Below are positions 20,189-29,527 of a stretch of DNA of 64,000 nucleotides, one piece after another. The translations under genes and the position numbers were made by a program. Location: contig OZ253581.1 of NCBI GenBank assembly GCA_965263055.1, positions 1,071,794 through 1,135,793 on the forward strand. The letters run 5' to 3'. The first letter of the stretch is position 1. The number at the start of each line of letters is the position of its first letter. The DNA comes from Vicinamibacterales bacterium. GTDB taxonomy: Bacteria > Acidobacteriota > Vicinamibacteria > Vicinamibacterales > UBA8438. The notes under the pieces are model-generated. The model was not told where the DNA came from and made no database searches. It saw only the letters and a program-made list of their open reading frames with translations.

Positions 20189-21408
20189 CGCTGGCGCGCT
20201 TCGAGACCGCCGCCTGGTGGCTTCTGCCGCTCTTTGTCTTCGTGCTGCCGCTCTCCATCGCCGCCTCCGGCATTCTGCTCACCGCGCTGCTCGCCGTCTG
20301 GATCGGTCTTCTCGTCACCGCGGGCGAGCGCCCTTCCGTCCCGCCGTTCTTCTGGCCGCTCGCCGCGTACGCCGGCTGGACGCTCGTCACCGTCCCGTTC
20401 TCGATCGATCCGGCGGCCAGCCTGATCGAATCGCGCGAGGTGTTGCTCTACCTGAGCGTGCCGGTCGTGTACCGCCTTGCGCGGGGCGAGCGCGCCTGGT
20501 CGATGACGAATGTCGTGCTGACGGCGGGGGCCCTCACCGCGGCGATCGGCATCGTGCAGTACGGCGTCCTGGAGTTCGACAACCTCGGGCGCCGGCCGAG
20601 CGGTTCGATGGGGCACTACATGACGTACGCCGGGCTGCTGATGCTCGCCATCGGCACCGCCGTGGCGCGCGTCGCGTTCGGCGCGCGCGATCGCCTCTGG
20701 GCGGCGCTGATGCTGCCGGCGCTGGTCGCGGCGCTCGCGGTGACGCTGACGCGCGGCGCGTGGATCGGCGCCGTCGCCGCGGTGGGCCTGCTGCTGGTGC
20801 TGCGCGACTGGCGTCTGCTGTTGCTGGCGCCGGTGGCCGCGGCCGGCCTCTACTTCGTTGCGCCTGCCGCCGTCACCGACCGCGCGCTGTCGATCATCGA
20901 TCCGGCGAACCCCACGAACCGCGACCGGGTGGCGATGCTGACGGTCGGCGCCGGCATGGTGCGCGACCATCCGCTCACCGGCGTCGGGCCGGAGATGGTG
21001 CTGCGACGCTACGGCGAGTACCGCCCGGACAACGCGGTGAACGACGTGAACCCGCACCTGCACAACGTCCCGTTCCAGATTGCCGCCGAGCGCGGGCTGC
21101 CGGCGCTCGCGCTCTGGGGCTGGTTCGTCGTCGCCGTCGTAATCGATCTCGCCCGGCGCTTCCGCCGGCCGGAGACGCGTACGCTCGCCGCCGCCGGTCT
21201 CGCCGCGGTCGCCGCGATGCTCGTCGGCGGCCAGTTCGAATACAACTTCGGCGACTCCGAGTTCCTGCTCCTCTTTCTCGTCCTGATAACGCTCCCGGCC
21301 GCCGCCAGCGCAACGCTCGGTGCGCCGGCCTCCCCTGGTGCGCCGGCCTCCAGGCCGGCATCGGGTACACCGGCATCCCCCGACACCCCGGCATCCCGCC
21401 CCCACTGA
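20185..21408 (+). CDS. O-antigen ligase / Wzy_C-family polytopic membrane protein
   Basis: Starts at ATG 20185, in ATGA overlap with the Trm112 stop. About 10 TM helices, with LTLTRGAWIGAVAAVGLL and a periplasmic-loop pattern typical of the Wzy_C family. The C-terminal PAS-rich tail is encoded by a repeat element. Confidence 0.7.
   Translation: MTLARFETAAWWLLPLFVFVLPLSIAASGILLTALLAVWIGLLVTAGERPSVPPFFWPLAAYAGWTLVTVPFSIDPAASLIESREVLLYLSVPVVYRLARGERAWSMTNVVLTAGALTAAIGIVQYGVLEFDNLGRRPSGSMGHYMTYAGLLMLAIGTAVARVAFGARDRLWAALMLPALVAALAVTLTRGAWIGAVAAVGLLLVLRDWRLLLLAPVAAAGLYFVAPAAVTDRALSIIDPANPTNRDRVAMLTVGAGMVRDHPLTGVGPEMVLRRYGEYRPDNAVNDVNPHLHNVPFQIAAERGLPALALWGWFVVAVVIDLARRFRRPETRTLAAAGLAAVAAMLVGGQFEYNFGDSEFLLLFLVLITLPAAASATLGAPASPGAPASRPASGTPASPDTPASRPH
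21319..21360. repeat. REP-like GC-rich repeat unit (inverse orientation relative to the 28855 copies)
   Basis: GGTGCGCCGGCCTCCCCTGGTGCGCCGGCCTCCAGGCCGGCA. It equals the reverse complement of 28855-28892 apart from a 3-nt insertion. It contains the palindrome GCCGGCCTCCAGGCCGGC. Confidence 0.7.
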
Positions 21409-21412
21409 CCTC

Positions 21413-23065
21413 TTGCGCCGACATCACGCCCTCGCGGCAGCGATCTTCCTGGCCCTCACCGTTCTCCACACCTGGCCGCTGGCGAGCGATCCGGCCCGGA
21501 TGTCACGCATCCACGACGACGAGTGGCTCAATGCGTGGGCGGTCTCCTGGGTCGCGCACCAGTTGCCGCGCGACCCGCTTCACCTGTTCGACGCCAACAT
21601 GTTCCATCCGGCCGATCAGGCGTTCAGGTACACCGAGCCGCTCGTTGTCCCGGCGATCATCGGCGCCCCGTTTCGCTGGCTCGGCGCCTCGCCCCTCCTG
21701 ACGCACAACCTGCTCGTCCTCGCCGGCTTCCTGCTGACCGCGCTGGCGATGTACCGGCTGGTGGTCCATTGGACCGGCGATCCCTGGAGCGGCATCCTGG
21801 CCGGCGCGCTGCTGACGTTCGGCACCGCGATGCTGACGCGCACCGCGCACATTCAGTTCCTGCATTTCTATGCGTTTCCCTTCGCGGTGCTGGCCCTCGA
21901 TCGGCTGCTGACCGGCGGGCGGGCGCGCGATGCGGCGTGGGTCGGCGTCTGGGTGATCGTCGCGGCGATGACCTCGGGGTATCTCGCCGTGCTCGTCGTG
22001 ACCACCCTCGGCGCCGCGTTCGTCATGCGGGCCGGCGACTGGTGGGGACGGCGCGGGGCCGGCATCGCCGCGCGGCTCGGCGCCGCGGCCGCCGTGACGG
22101 GAGCCGTGCTCGCCCTCCTGATGCGGCCCTACCTGGGGGCGGACCTGCGACGCAGCTCGGTCGTCGATGCCGACAGCATCGGCGCGTCCCTGCAGGCGTT
22201 CCTGCGGACCGCGGCCGATCTGCACTACGCGCTCTGGAGCGAGCGGTTCTGGAGCGGGGATGCGCCGAGCGCGATGTTCCCCGGCTTCGTCGCGATCGCC
22301 CTGGCGGGCGCCGCACTCGCCGCGCGCCGCCGCTTCGCGCCCCGCGGCATCCGGCGGATGCTCACAGGCATCGGCGCCACCGGCATCGTCCTCTCTCTCG
22401 GCATGCTGACCCCGGTCTACGGCGCGGTCGCCATCGTCATGCCGCCGCTCCTCGGCCTGCGCTCGCCGTCCCGCTTCGCGGTGCTGGCGGTCTTCGCGCT
22501 CGCGGCGCTCGCCGGCATCGGCTGGAGCGCCGTGCGCGCGCGCCTGAACCCGCGCTGGCACACCGCCGCCGCCGCGAGCCTCCTCGTGCTCGCCACCATC
22601 GAGAGCCTGCACGCGCCGATCCCGTACCGGCCGCTGCAGCGGAACGAATGGTATCCACCGATCTACCGGGCACTCGAGACGGCGCCGGCCGGACCGATCG
22701 CCGAGCTCCCGCTGCACCGACCCGGTTTGTTCCAGCAGAACGCGCGCTATCTGCTGGCCTCCACGCAGCACTGGCGGCCAATCCTCAACGGCTTCGGCGG
22801 GTTCCGTCCGGCCGGCTACGCGCTGGCCGCCCGGCGCCTCGCGACCTTCCCCTCCGACAGCGCGGTGGACTACCTGCGGTCCGTCGGGGTGCAGACGGTG
22901 ATCGTGCACGGCGACCGGTTGCGAACCTTCCAGTTCCACCGTCTGCTGCGGCTGGCAGCCCGCCAGCCGGACGTCCGGCTGGAGGCGGAAGTCGGCCGAG
23001 ACCTGGTCTACCGCATCGCGCCACAAGACGGCCGTGAAACGGTTACCATCCGGCCTGGTCGATGA
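21413..23065 (+). CDS. GT-C-like polytopic membrane protein (start uncertain: TTG 21413 or track start 21320)
   Basis: N-terminal TM followed by the acidic loop motif HDDEWLNAWAVSW. It has many TM helices and a C-terminal soluble region. Architecture resembles polyprenyl-phosphate-sugar-dependent glycosyltransferases. Confidence 0.5.
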   Translation: MRRHHALAAAIFLALTVLHTWPLASDPARMSRIHDDEWLNAWAVSWVAHQLPRDPLHLFDANMFHPADQAFRYTEPLVVPAIIGAPFRWLGASPLLTHNLLVLAGFLLTALAMYRLVVHWTGDPWSGILAGALLTFGTAMLTRTAHIQFLHFYAFPFAVLALDRLLTGGRARDAAWVGVWVIVAAMTSGYLAVLVVTTLGAAFVMRAGDWWGRRGAGIAARLGAAAAVTGAVLALLMRPYLGADLRRSSVVDADSIGASLQAFLRTAADLHYALWSERFWSGDAPSAMFPGFVAIALAGAALAARRRFAPRGIRRMLTGIGATGIVLSLGMLTPVYGAVAIVMPPLLGLRSPSRFAVLAVFALAALAGIGWSAVRARLNPRWHTAAAASLLVLATIESLHAPIPYRPLQRNEWYPPIYRALETAPAGPIAELPLHRPGLFQQNARYLLASTQHWRPILNGFGGFRPAGYALAARRLATFPSDSAVDYLRSVGVQTVIVHGDRLRTFQFHRLLRLAARQPDVRLEAEVGRDLVYRIAPQDGRETVTIRPGR

Positions 23066-25071
23066 GCGATCCGACACGCACGCGTGAACGGCGGGCGACG
23101 ATTGCCGTCTGCGCCGGCGTAACACTGCTCGCCGCCACGCTCGCATTCTGGTGGACCACGACGAACCGCTACCGGCTGACCGGCGACGAGCCGCACTACT
23201 TCATCCTGGCAGCCAGCCTGCTGCGGGACGGCGATGTCGACGTCCGCAACAACTTCGATGAGGATGCCGCCACGGGCGAGATCTATGGCCCGATTTCAGG
23301 CCGACACGTCCAGACGTACAACGGCCGAGAGTACTCGAATCATGCGCCCGGCCTGAGCGCTCTTCTGGTCCCTCCGTTTGCAGTCGGCGGGACGGTCGCA
23401 GGCCGGCTGCTGCTCTGTCTCCTGATCACGCCGATCCTCGGCTGGGCCTGTTGGCGCTGGCTCGAAGGACGCGCGCCACCGCGAGACGTAGCACTCGCTA
23501 TCGCAGGCGTACTGCTGTGTCCGGTGATACTGCTGGGATCCGGACAGGTGTACGGCGACCTCCTGGCCGGTGTCGTGATCGTGGGGCTGGCCGTCTGGTT
23601 GTGGAACCGTGTGGGTCGAGATGAGACAGCCGCGTCACAACGACGCTCGCCCCTAGCGTGGATGCTCTTCGGCTTGGTCGCAGGTCTCCTCCCCTGGCTG
23701 CACATGAAGTATCTCGGCGTCACCGCGCTGTTCGGTCTGCTCGCGGCTTGGCAGGTCTGGCGTGAACGACCGTGGCGCTACGTGAATGCACGCAGCCCTT
23801 GGTGGGGGTACGCTTCAGCGGGTGCATTTCTCCTGATTGGCCCAGCCACGTTCCTTGCCTCTCAGGTGGCAACCCATGGCCGACCGCTTGCCGGCTTGGG
23901 AGGTCAAATGACGGGAACCCCATACCTCCTGGCCTTGGAGTATCTGATCGGCGAACACCTCGATCAATCACACGGCCTCTTCTGGCACCAGCCGCTGTTC
24001 CTGTTCGGACTCATCGCGCTCGGCTGGATGATCAGAGTGCGGCATCCCCTCGTGATCCCTTGGCTACTCCTCTATGGCTCGCTGATGGCGCCGCCCGCGC
24101 TACTGGCCGAATGGGGTGGCATGCCACTTGGACGGTTCAACTGGGGCGGCATCTGGCTCTGGCTCCTTCCGATAGGCTGGTGGATGGGGGCGGAACGAGC
24201 CAACCTTGAACGATATGTCCGTCCGATGGTGCTGGCGGCGTTCGCGTACCAAGCGATTCTGGCGTGTCGCTGGATTCCGAATCCGACGGATCTCTTACTG
24301 TCTCCGCGATCGAGCCTGGTCTGGGGGCGCGATTCACTGTTCCCGCTGCCGGTCCGCTACATCTTTCCCCACTTCTATCTCAGCGCCGGAGACGGTTGGT
24401 GGGTCGTACGTTACCTGGAGTATCTGCCTAACTTGATCTGGGTGACAGCGGCCGTGCTGATGATCGTCACCGGATGGATGTGGAGCGCCGAAGGACGGCG
24501 TCGCCTGCGCCCGGTGTGGGTCAGCGGCGTTGCCGTGGCGGCGCTGCTGCTGCCGGTCGAACCAACCGCCGACCGGGAAGCACCACGTGACGACGGGCTT
24601 CATGACCCGATGGTGCAATCAATTGGGAGCACGTTCGCCCGCCGGTTCGAAGCGGAACGAATGACGCCGATGCAGGCAGCGTCCCGGACTACGCGTGAGG
24701 ACCCCAACGCCAGCGATGGGTACGCTCGGGACACTGCTGCAGCCTTCGAAAGTATGGACCGGTTCGTGGTTTTTGGCCCCTACCTGCGCCTCGATTCTGG
24801 CCGGTATCGCGTCGAGGCGACACTGCGCCTCGCCGAACCCACCGAGCTCAGAGTTGCCGGCCGGTTTGAAGTAACGGCATCGCGCGGGCGCACCGTCCTG
24901 GGCAGCGTCTTGGTCGCTTCCGACCGCCTGCCGACCGATGGCAGCTACACGAAGGTCGCGGTCAGCTTCGACGCCACGGAACCGTTGGACGATGTCGAGT
25001 TCCGGGTCGCCGCCACACCGGGGGTTGATCTCCTGATCGACTGCTTCGACCTGGTTCCGGTGCTGCCATGA
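23062..25071 (+). CDS. Large polytopic membrane protein of the GDEPHY-motif family, with C-terminal soluble domain
   Basis: 669 aa. The first loop is LTGDEPHYFILAASLLRDGDVDVRNNFDEDAATGEIYGP. It is a paralog of 26796-28739 and overlaps the upstream gene by 4 nt. Confidence 0.6.
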   Translation: MSDPTRTRERRATIAVCAGVTLLAATLAFWWTTTNRYRLTGDEPHYFILAASLLRDGDVDVRNNFDEDAATGEIYGPISGRHVQTYNGREYSNHAPGLSALLVPPFAVGGTVAGRLLLCLLITPILGWACWRWLEGRAPPRDVALAIAGVLLCPVILLGSGQVYGDLLAGVVIVGLAVWLWNRVGRDETAASQRRSPLAWMLFGLVAGLLPWLHMKYLGVTALFGLLAAWQVWRERPWRYVNARSPWWGYASAGAFLLIGPATFLASQVATHGRPLAGLGGQMTGTPYLLALEYLIGEHLDQSHGLFWHQPLFLFGLIALGWMIRVRHPLVIPWLLLYGSLMAPPALLAEWGGMPLGRFNWGGIWLWLLPIGWWMGAERANLERYVRPMVLAAFAYQAILACRWIPNPTDLLLSPRSSLVWGRDSLFPLPVRYIFPHFYLSAGDGWWVVRYLEYLPNLIWVTAAVLMIVTGWMWSAEGRRRLRPVWVSGVAVAALLLPVEPTADREAPRDDGLHDPMVQSIGSTFARRFEAERMTPMQAASRTTREDPNASDGYARDTAAAFESMDRFVVFGPYLRLDSGRYRVEATLRLAEPTELRVAGRFEVTASRGRTVLGSVLVASDRLPTDGSYTKVAVSFDATEPLDDVEFRVAATPGVDLLIDCFDLVPVLP

Positions 25072-25093
25072 CGTGGCGTCTCGCCAGCCCCTT

Positions 25094-25987
25094 CTAGATC
25101 GGTTCGACGTAGACGGTCAGGACACGCACGCCCAACTCGCGCGCGTCGTCCCCCACGCCCAACTCGGAGGGGACGAAGGTCTGATCGACGAGCAGCTCCA
25201 GTCGGACCACGTCGTCGGATCCGAGCTCGGCCGTCGTGAGCGTTCGATCAATCATCACGGGGGCGGAGGTGCGGAGGGACAGTTCCTCCAGCATCTGCTC
25301 GCCGATCCGGAGACTGAACTGCTGCGGCGTATCGAACACATCGGGTCGTCCTGCCACCTCCAGCATCAGGCGCGCGTCGCCCCTGGGATTCTGGAAAGAG
25401 ACCACGCCGTGGCCGGTAGACCAGCGCCAGGATACCTCGCCGTTCGGCTGAGACTCGACCCCGTGCCAGCCTTCCTCGTAGACCAGGAAGCTGCTCTCGT
25501 GTTGCGGCGTGAACGTGATGGAGGCGGTGCGGTAGGCGTTCTGGCCGATATGGTCACCTGCGAGCGCCAACCGCTCACCGGTCGACGCCAGGTGCAACCC
25601 GACGGCAATCTCTGCTTCCCCGATATACGGATAGAGCGGCGCCATGATCCGGCGCGTGTACCAGATGGTCTGTCCCGGCTCCCACTCGCTCGTCGGCGTC
25701 GCCGGCCGATGATCGTCACTCCAGATCCGCTCGCCGTTGTTGTCGAGCACCTGGGCGAAGACGGTGTAGTCGTCCGTCATCGGCACGAGGTCCGGCAATA
25801 CATCGAATCTAAACGTCATCTCGAGCGGTCCGCCGACCGGCACGCTCGTCCGGTCCAACTGCAGGTTGACGCGCGCTACCGGCGAACCGGACGCTCCGCC
25901 GCCACAGGCGGTGGCGGGCAGTAGCGACGCCGCCAGCACGATCGCTGCGGCTACGGTCCGTAGTCCGCTGATGAAGTGGTGCCGCAT
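25094..25987 (-). CDS. Lipoprotein of unknown function
   Basis: Start at MRHHFISGL (cat 25985-25987) with lipobox LLPATAC. The beta-rich body has no recognised motif. It is the last gene of a minus-strand GT-C/GT2 operon. Confidence 0.55.
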   Translation of the reverse strand: MRHHFISGLRTVAAAIVLAASLLPATACGGGASGSPVARVNLQLDRTSVPVGGPLEMTFRFDVLPDLVPMTDDYTVFAQVLDNNGERIWSDDHRPATPTSEWEPGQTIWYTRRIMAPLYPYIGEAEIAVGLHLASTGERLALAGDHIGQNAYRTASITFTPQHESSFLVYEEGWHGVESQPNGEVSWRWSTGHGVVSFQNPRGDARLMLEVAGRPDVFDTPQQFSLRIGEQMLEELSLRTSAPVMIDRTLTTAELGSDDVVRLELLVDQTFVPSELGVGDDARELGVRVLTVYVEPI

Positions 25988-26053
25988 CAACAAGGAGCAT
26001 ACCATTGGCTCCACGACGCTGGAGCTTGTGAAACCAAGGGATCGCGCGCGACG

Positions 26054-26734
26054 TCAGAAGCGGTACTTCAGAAGTGTCCAGACCGCCTGGAAGAAGTCCT
26101 TCCAGGAGATCTTCTTCCCCTCCGCAAAACTCCGCCCCTGGTACCGGATTGGCACCTCGTGAATCGGGATCCCGCGCTTCAGGATCTTGGCGGTAATCTC
26201 CGGCTCGAAATCGAAACTGTTCGACACGGTCTCGATCTGCTGCAGTAACGTCCGGTCAATCAGCTTGTAGCACGTCTCCATGTCGGTAAGCGACGAGCCG
26301 TAACAGCAGTTGGTAAGCCAGGTCAGCAGGCGGTTCCCGACGCGGTGACGGATCGCCATAGCCGGGCGCCCGGCCGCTAGACGCGAGCCGTACACCACCT
26401 GCGCCTTCTCCTTCACCGCAGCGTCGAGCAGCCCAGCGTAGTCGGCCGGATCGTACTCGAGGTCGGCATCCTGCACGATCACGTAGTCGCCGGTGGCGCG
26501 AGCGAAACCGGCCCTGAGCGCCGCCCCCTTCCCCTGGTTGGCGGGCTGCAGCAGCAGGGTCATCCCGTCCCCCTCGCGCGCCGCCCGCTCCCGCAGCAGC
26601 TCGCGCGTCCCGTCGGTGGAGCCGTCGTCCACGACGATCACCTCCGTATCCAGATCGACCGCCGCAACACGGTCGAGCAGTTCGATGATCGTCGCCCGTT
26701 CGTTATAGACCGGGATCACAATGGAAAGACGCAT
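26054..26734 (-). CDS. Family-2 glycosyltransferase, polyprenyl-phosphate sugar synthase-like (Dpm1/ArnC/GtrB type)
   Basis: From [26 protein letters not shown]...[11 protein letters not shown]...FDFEPE. About 226 aa and soluble. Start is cat 26732-26734. Confidence 0.85.
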   Translation of the reverse strand: MRLSIVIPVYNERATIIELLDRVAAVDLDTEVIVVDDGSTDGTRELLRERAAREGDGMTLLLQPANQGKGAALRAGFARATGDYVIVQDADLEYDPADYAGLLDAAVKEKAQVVYGSRLAAGRPAMAIRHRVGNRLLTWLTNCCYGSSLTDMETCYKLIDRTLLQQIETVSNSFDFEPEITAKILKRGIPIHEVPIRYQGRSFAEGKKISWKDFFQAVWTLLKYRF

Positions 26735-26795
26735 GGCCAGGAGTGCAAGACGCCGCAGACGGTCTACTGCCCCCGTGGTGACATCGAAGACCGGA

Positions 26796-28739
26796 TCAAG
26801 GAGCTGCTCGACGGGCCGCAAATCGACCGCACGGGTCCGGCGCAGCCGGGTGGCAGGCGCCGCCGAGGTCTCCGGGACCATCAAGTAGGCCGCCACGGCC
26901 GGCCTGCCGGGCATCCCCGACGCGCCGGAGATCGATGTAGTCGATCTCGAAGCCCTGTCTGCCGCGCACGCGGAACTCCACGTCCCGGAAGCTCCGGTCG
27001 GCATGGAACGACAGTGTCAGGAACGATGCCCTCGACCCGGACACTCGGAAAGCGCGTCTAGCGATCTGGTTGCCGCCCCGAGAGGAAACGACCTCCAGGA
27101 CTCCGGCTGTCGGTACTCCCGGCCGCACGGCCGCCACGATCTCGTACGCGCCCGGATCGAGGGAAACCCACGGTCCGGCCACGGCGAACGCGTGCTCCCG
27201 GTCCTGCCGGCACACAAGACCGTTACTGGCGTGCGATTGCGGATAAGCCGTGCAGCGTCTCGGCATGTGCTCCGCCTCGTAACGGCGCAGCGGCGATGTC
27301 GTTTCGCGCCCCAGGGGATCATCGACTGGCAGCAAGAACAACGCGGCGACGGCGGTGGCGAGAGCAGGCAGGCACCGCCACCGGCGCAACCAGCCCGCGG
27401 CGACCAATGCCAGAGCCGCGCAGGCCCAGACGACGTTTGGGGCATACCCGATGTTGCCGTGCGGACCAAGCTTCGGCAACGACAACATTATCGGGACAGG
27501 AAAGAGGGATGGCTGCCACAGGTCAGGAGCGAACAGCCCATTAAAGAGCCGCTGCGGGGCGGGAATCCAGGAGACCGCGAGCGCCGCCTGATACGCGATC
27601 CCGGCGAGCAGGACCAGCCCTACGGCGTACGGCGAGCGCCACCCCCGCAACTCGCGAACGGCGATCCCAACAGGAACGAGCCAGAGCCACATCGCCGACC
27701 AGCCGAAGCGCCCGGCAGGGCCCACGTGGCCACCGTAGGGAATCTGCTGCAGCGCGTTCGGGACGACGACCGACGCGTACAGCAGCAGCCAAGGCAGCAC
27801 CAGCGGATGCCGGCGGCGGATCATCCAGCCCAGCGCCACGAGGCCAGACAACAGGAGCGGCTGCGACACGAACATTCCGTGCACCTGATCGAGATGCTGA
27901 CCCAGTACGAGCTCGATTGCGCGAGCAACATCAAAGTTCAGCTCCCCACCACCGCGGCCACCCAGGAGATCTCCGAAGTACGTCCAGGAGAAGGTGGCGA
28001 ACAGGGCGGGTCCAGCCAGGAAGAGCATGGCGAACGTGGCGTACATCACGGGTGTAAACCGCACCCGGTGGCGCCACAATTCGCCAGCTCCCATCGCCGC
28101 GAGCACTGCCGTGGGCGCGTAATACTTCACATGCAGCCAACACAGGAGTCCCGCGAAGAGCCAGTAGACGCACCAGGAACCGGCGTGCGCGCGCGGGCCA
28201 GTTCGCCACAACCAGCTCGCCAATGCGAAGATCGCCACCCCGCCGGCAAGGTCCGGGTAGAGCTGCGACGAGCCGAACACGACCGGGCTGCACGCCAGCA
28301 CGCCGAGCGTGGCGAGCATCGCGTTGATGGGGTCGAGGACCGTGCAGCACCAGCGATAGACTGCCACGCCGAGGGTCAGCGTCAGCAGCAGGACGAGCGA
28401 GACTCGCGCCCCGGCGGTGCCGTCCAACCCGAAGGGAATTGCCAGAATGACGCCGAGTCCCGGCATGTGCTGCGGTCCACCAGTGCGCATCAAGGCGTGT
28501 GGCTGCATGGGAGCCGGGAAGATCTCCCCGTTGATTGCGTCGTGCTGGTAGTTGTTGCGGACATCGAAGTCGAAGTCGCGCAGTACGCTGGCTGCAATGA
28601 TCAGGTAGTGCGGCTCGTCACCGTCGACGGCAAGCGGCTGGACTGTCGCGAGAACGGCCGCGGGCACGACCACTAGTACGGCCAACAGCACTAGGAGTGG
28701 CAGTCGTGGGAGCCGTCGGCGCTCGGCGGACCTGTACAT
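26796..28739 (-). CDS. Large polytopic membrane protein, GDEPHY-motif family (paralog of 23062-25071)
   Basis: Start at [19 protein letters not shown] (cat 28737-28739). It shares [38 protein letters not shown] and [39 protein letters not shown] with the paralog. Confidence 0.6.
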   Translation of the reverse strand: MYRSAERRRLPRLPLLVLLAVLVVVPAAVLATVQPLAVDGDEPHYLIIAASVLRDFDFDVRNNYQHDAINGEIFPAPMQPHALMRTGGPQHMPGLGVILAIPFGLDGTAGARVSLVLLLTLTLGVAVYRWCCTVLDPINAMLATLGVLACSPVVFGSSQLYPDLAGGVAIFALASWLWRTGPRAHAGSWCVYWLFAGLLCWLHVKYYAPTAVLAAMGAGELWRHRVRFTPVMYATFAMLFLAGPALFATFSWTYFGDLLGGRGGGELNFDVARAIELVLGQHLDQVHGMFVSQPLLLSGLVALGWMIRRRHPLVLPWLLLYASVVVPNALQQIPYGGHVGPAGRFGWSAMWLWLVPVGIAVRELRGWRSPYAVGLVLLAGIAYQAALAVSWIPAPQRLFNGLFAPDLWQPSLFPVPIMLSLPKLGPHGNIGYAPNVVWACAALALVAAGWLRRWRCLPALATAVAALFLLPVDDPLGRETTSPLRRYEAEHMPRRCTAYPQSHASNGLVCRQDREHAFAVAGPWVSLDPGAYEIVAAVRPGVPTAGVLEVVSSRGGNQIARRAFRVSGSRASFLTLSFHADRSFRDVEFRVRGRQGFEIDYIDLRRVGDARQAGRGGLLDGPGDLGGACHPAAPDPCGRFAARRAAP

Positions 28740-28843
28740 TACGATAGGATACCGTGGCCTATGATCCACCGCTAGCCAGCCAGCGGTGGGGGTGCACGTC
28801 CCTCCGAGGCGGTGAAAGAGGGGCAGGTGCTGCCGTAAGGGAG

Positions 28844-29527
28844 ATGCACCTTCATGCCGGCCTGGAGGCCGGCGCACCAGGGGCCGGCGCACATCACGGC
28901 CGGTCTGGAGGCCGACGCACCAGGGGCCGGCGCACCGTCGCGGTCGCACTGGCCGCCCTTGCCCTGACCGGCGCGCGTAGTGCGGCAGGCGCGGAGTCGT
29001 GGAGCGCCACTTCCGGGGACGTGCACGTTCGCTGCCGCCTCACGGTCGGCGGCAGCTTCGATGTAGTCACATCCGCACTCTCCGGAACGCTTGAGCGCGC
29101 GACGCCGGACGGCGCGGACTACTCCGGCGAACTCCGGGTAGACCTCGCGACACTCGACAGCGGCATCGGGTTGCGGAACTCCCATCTCCGCGACAACTAC
29201 CTCGAGGTGGAACGAGGCCCGGAGTTCCGGCATGCCGTGCTCTCGGACATCGTGCTCGACGATCCGCTGCCCGCCAGCGCCGGCCGCCACGAGACGGCGT
29301 TCTCGGGAACACTCTCCCTGCACGGCGTGGAGCGCCCGGTCGAAGGCGAGGCGGAGCTGCGCCGCCGCGACGGTCGGATGCAGGTGGAGGCGACGTTCTC
29401 CATCAGCCTGGAAGCGTTCGACATCCCGCCGCCGCGGTACCTGGGTGTCGGCGTCCGCGACACCGTGGAGATCACCGTCACGTTCGATGCGGCGCGCGCT
29501 GATGAGCCGTCGGGCGCCACGCCATGA
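28844..29527 (+). CDS. YceI-like periplasmic (polyisoprenoid-binding-like) protein
   Basis: DLATLDSGIGLRNSHLRDNYLEVERGPEFRHAVL and the overall beta-barrel pattern are typical of the YceI family. The N-region of the signal peptide is encoded by two tandem repeat units, so the start is uncertain. Confidence 0.65.
   Translation: MHLHAGLEAGAPGAGAHHGRSGGRRTRGRRTVAVALAALALTGARSAAGAESWSATSGDVHVRCRLTVGGSFDVVTSALSGTLERATPDGADYSGELRVDLATLDSGIGLRNSHLRDNYLEVERGPEFRHAVLSDIVLDDPLPASAGRHETAFSGTLSLHGVERPVEGEAELRRRDGRMQVEATFSISLEAFDIPPPRYLGVGVRDTVEITVTFDAARADEPSGATP
28855..28935. repeat. Two tandem REP-like units (28855-28892 and 28898-28935)
   Basis: TGCCGGCCTGGAGGCCGGCGCACCAGGGGCCGGCGCAC and GGCCGGTCTGGAGGCCGACGCACCAGGGGCCGGCGCAC, separated by 5 nt. 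Confidence 0.7.

Noticed and set aside
28855-28935. Possible CRISPR array or tandem-repeat locus.
   Set aside because: There are only two units, separated by 5 nt, with no spacer-sized unique inserts and no cas genes. A third, inverted copy lies 7.5 kb away. This behaves like a REP-type element, not CRISPR.
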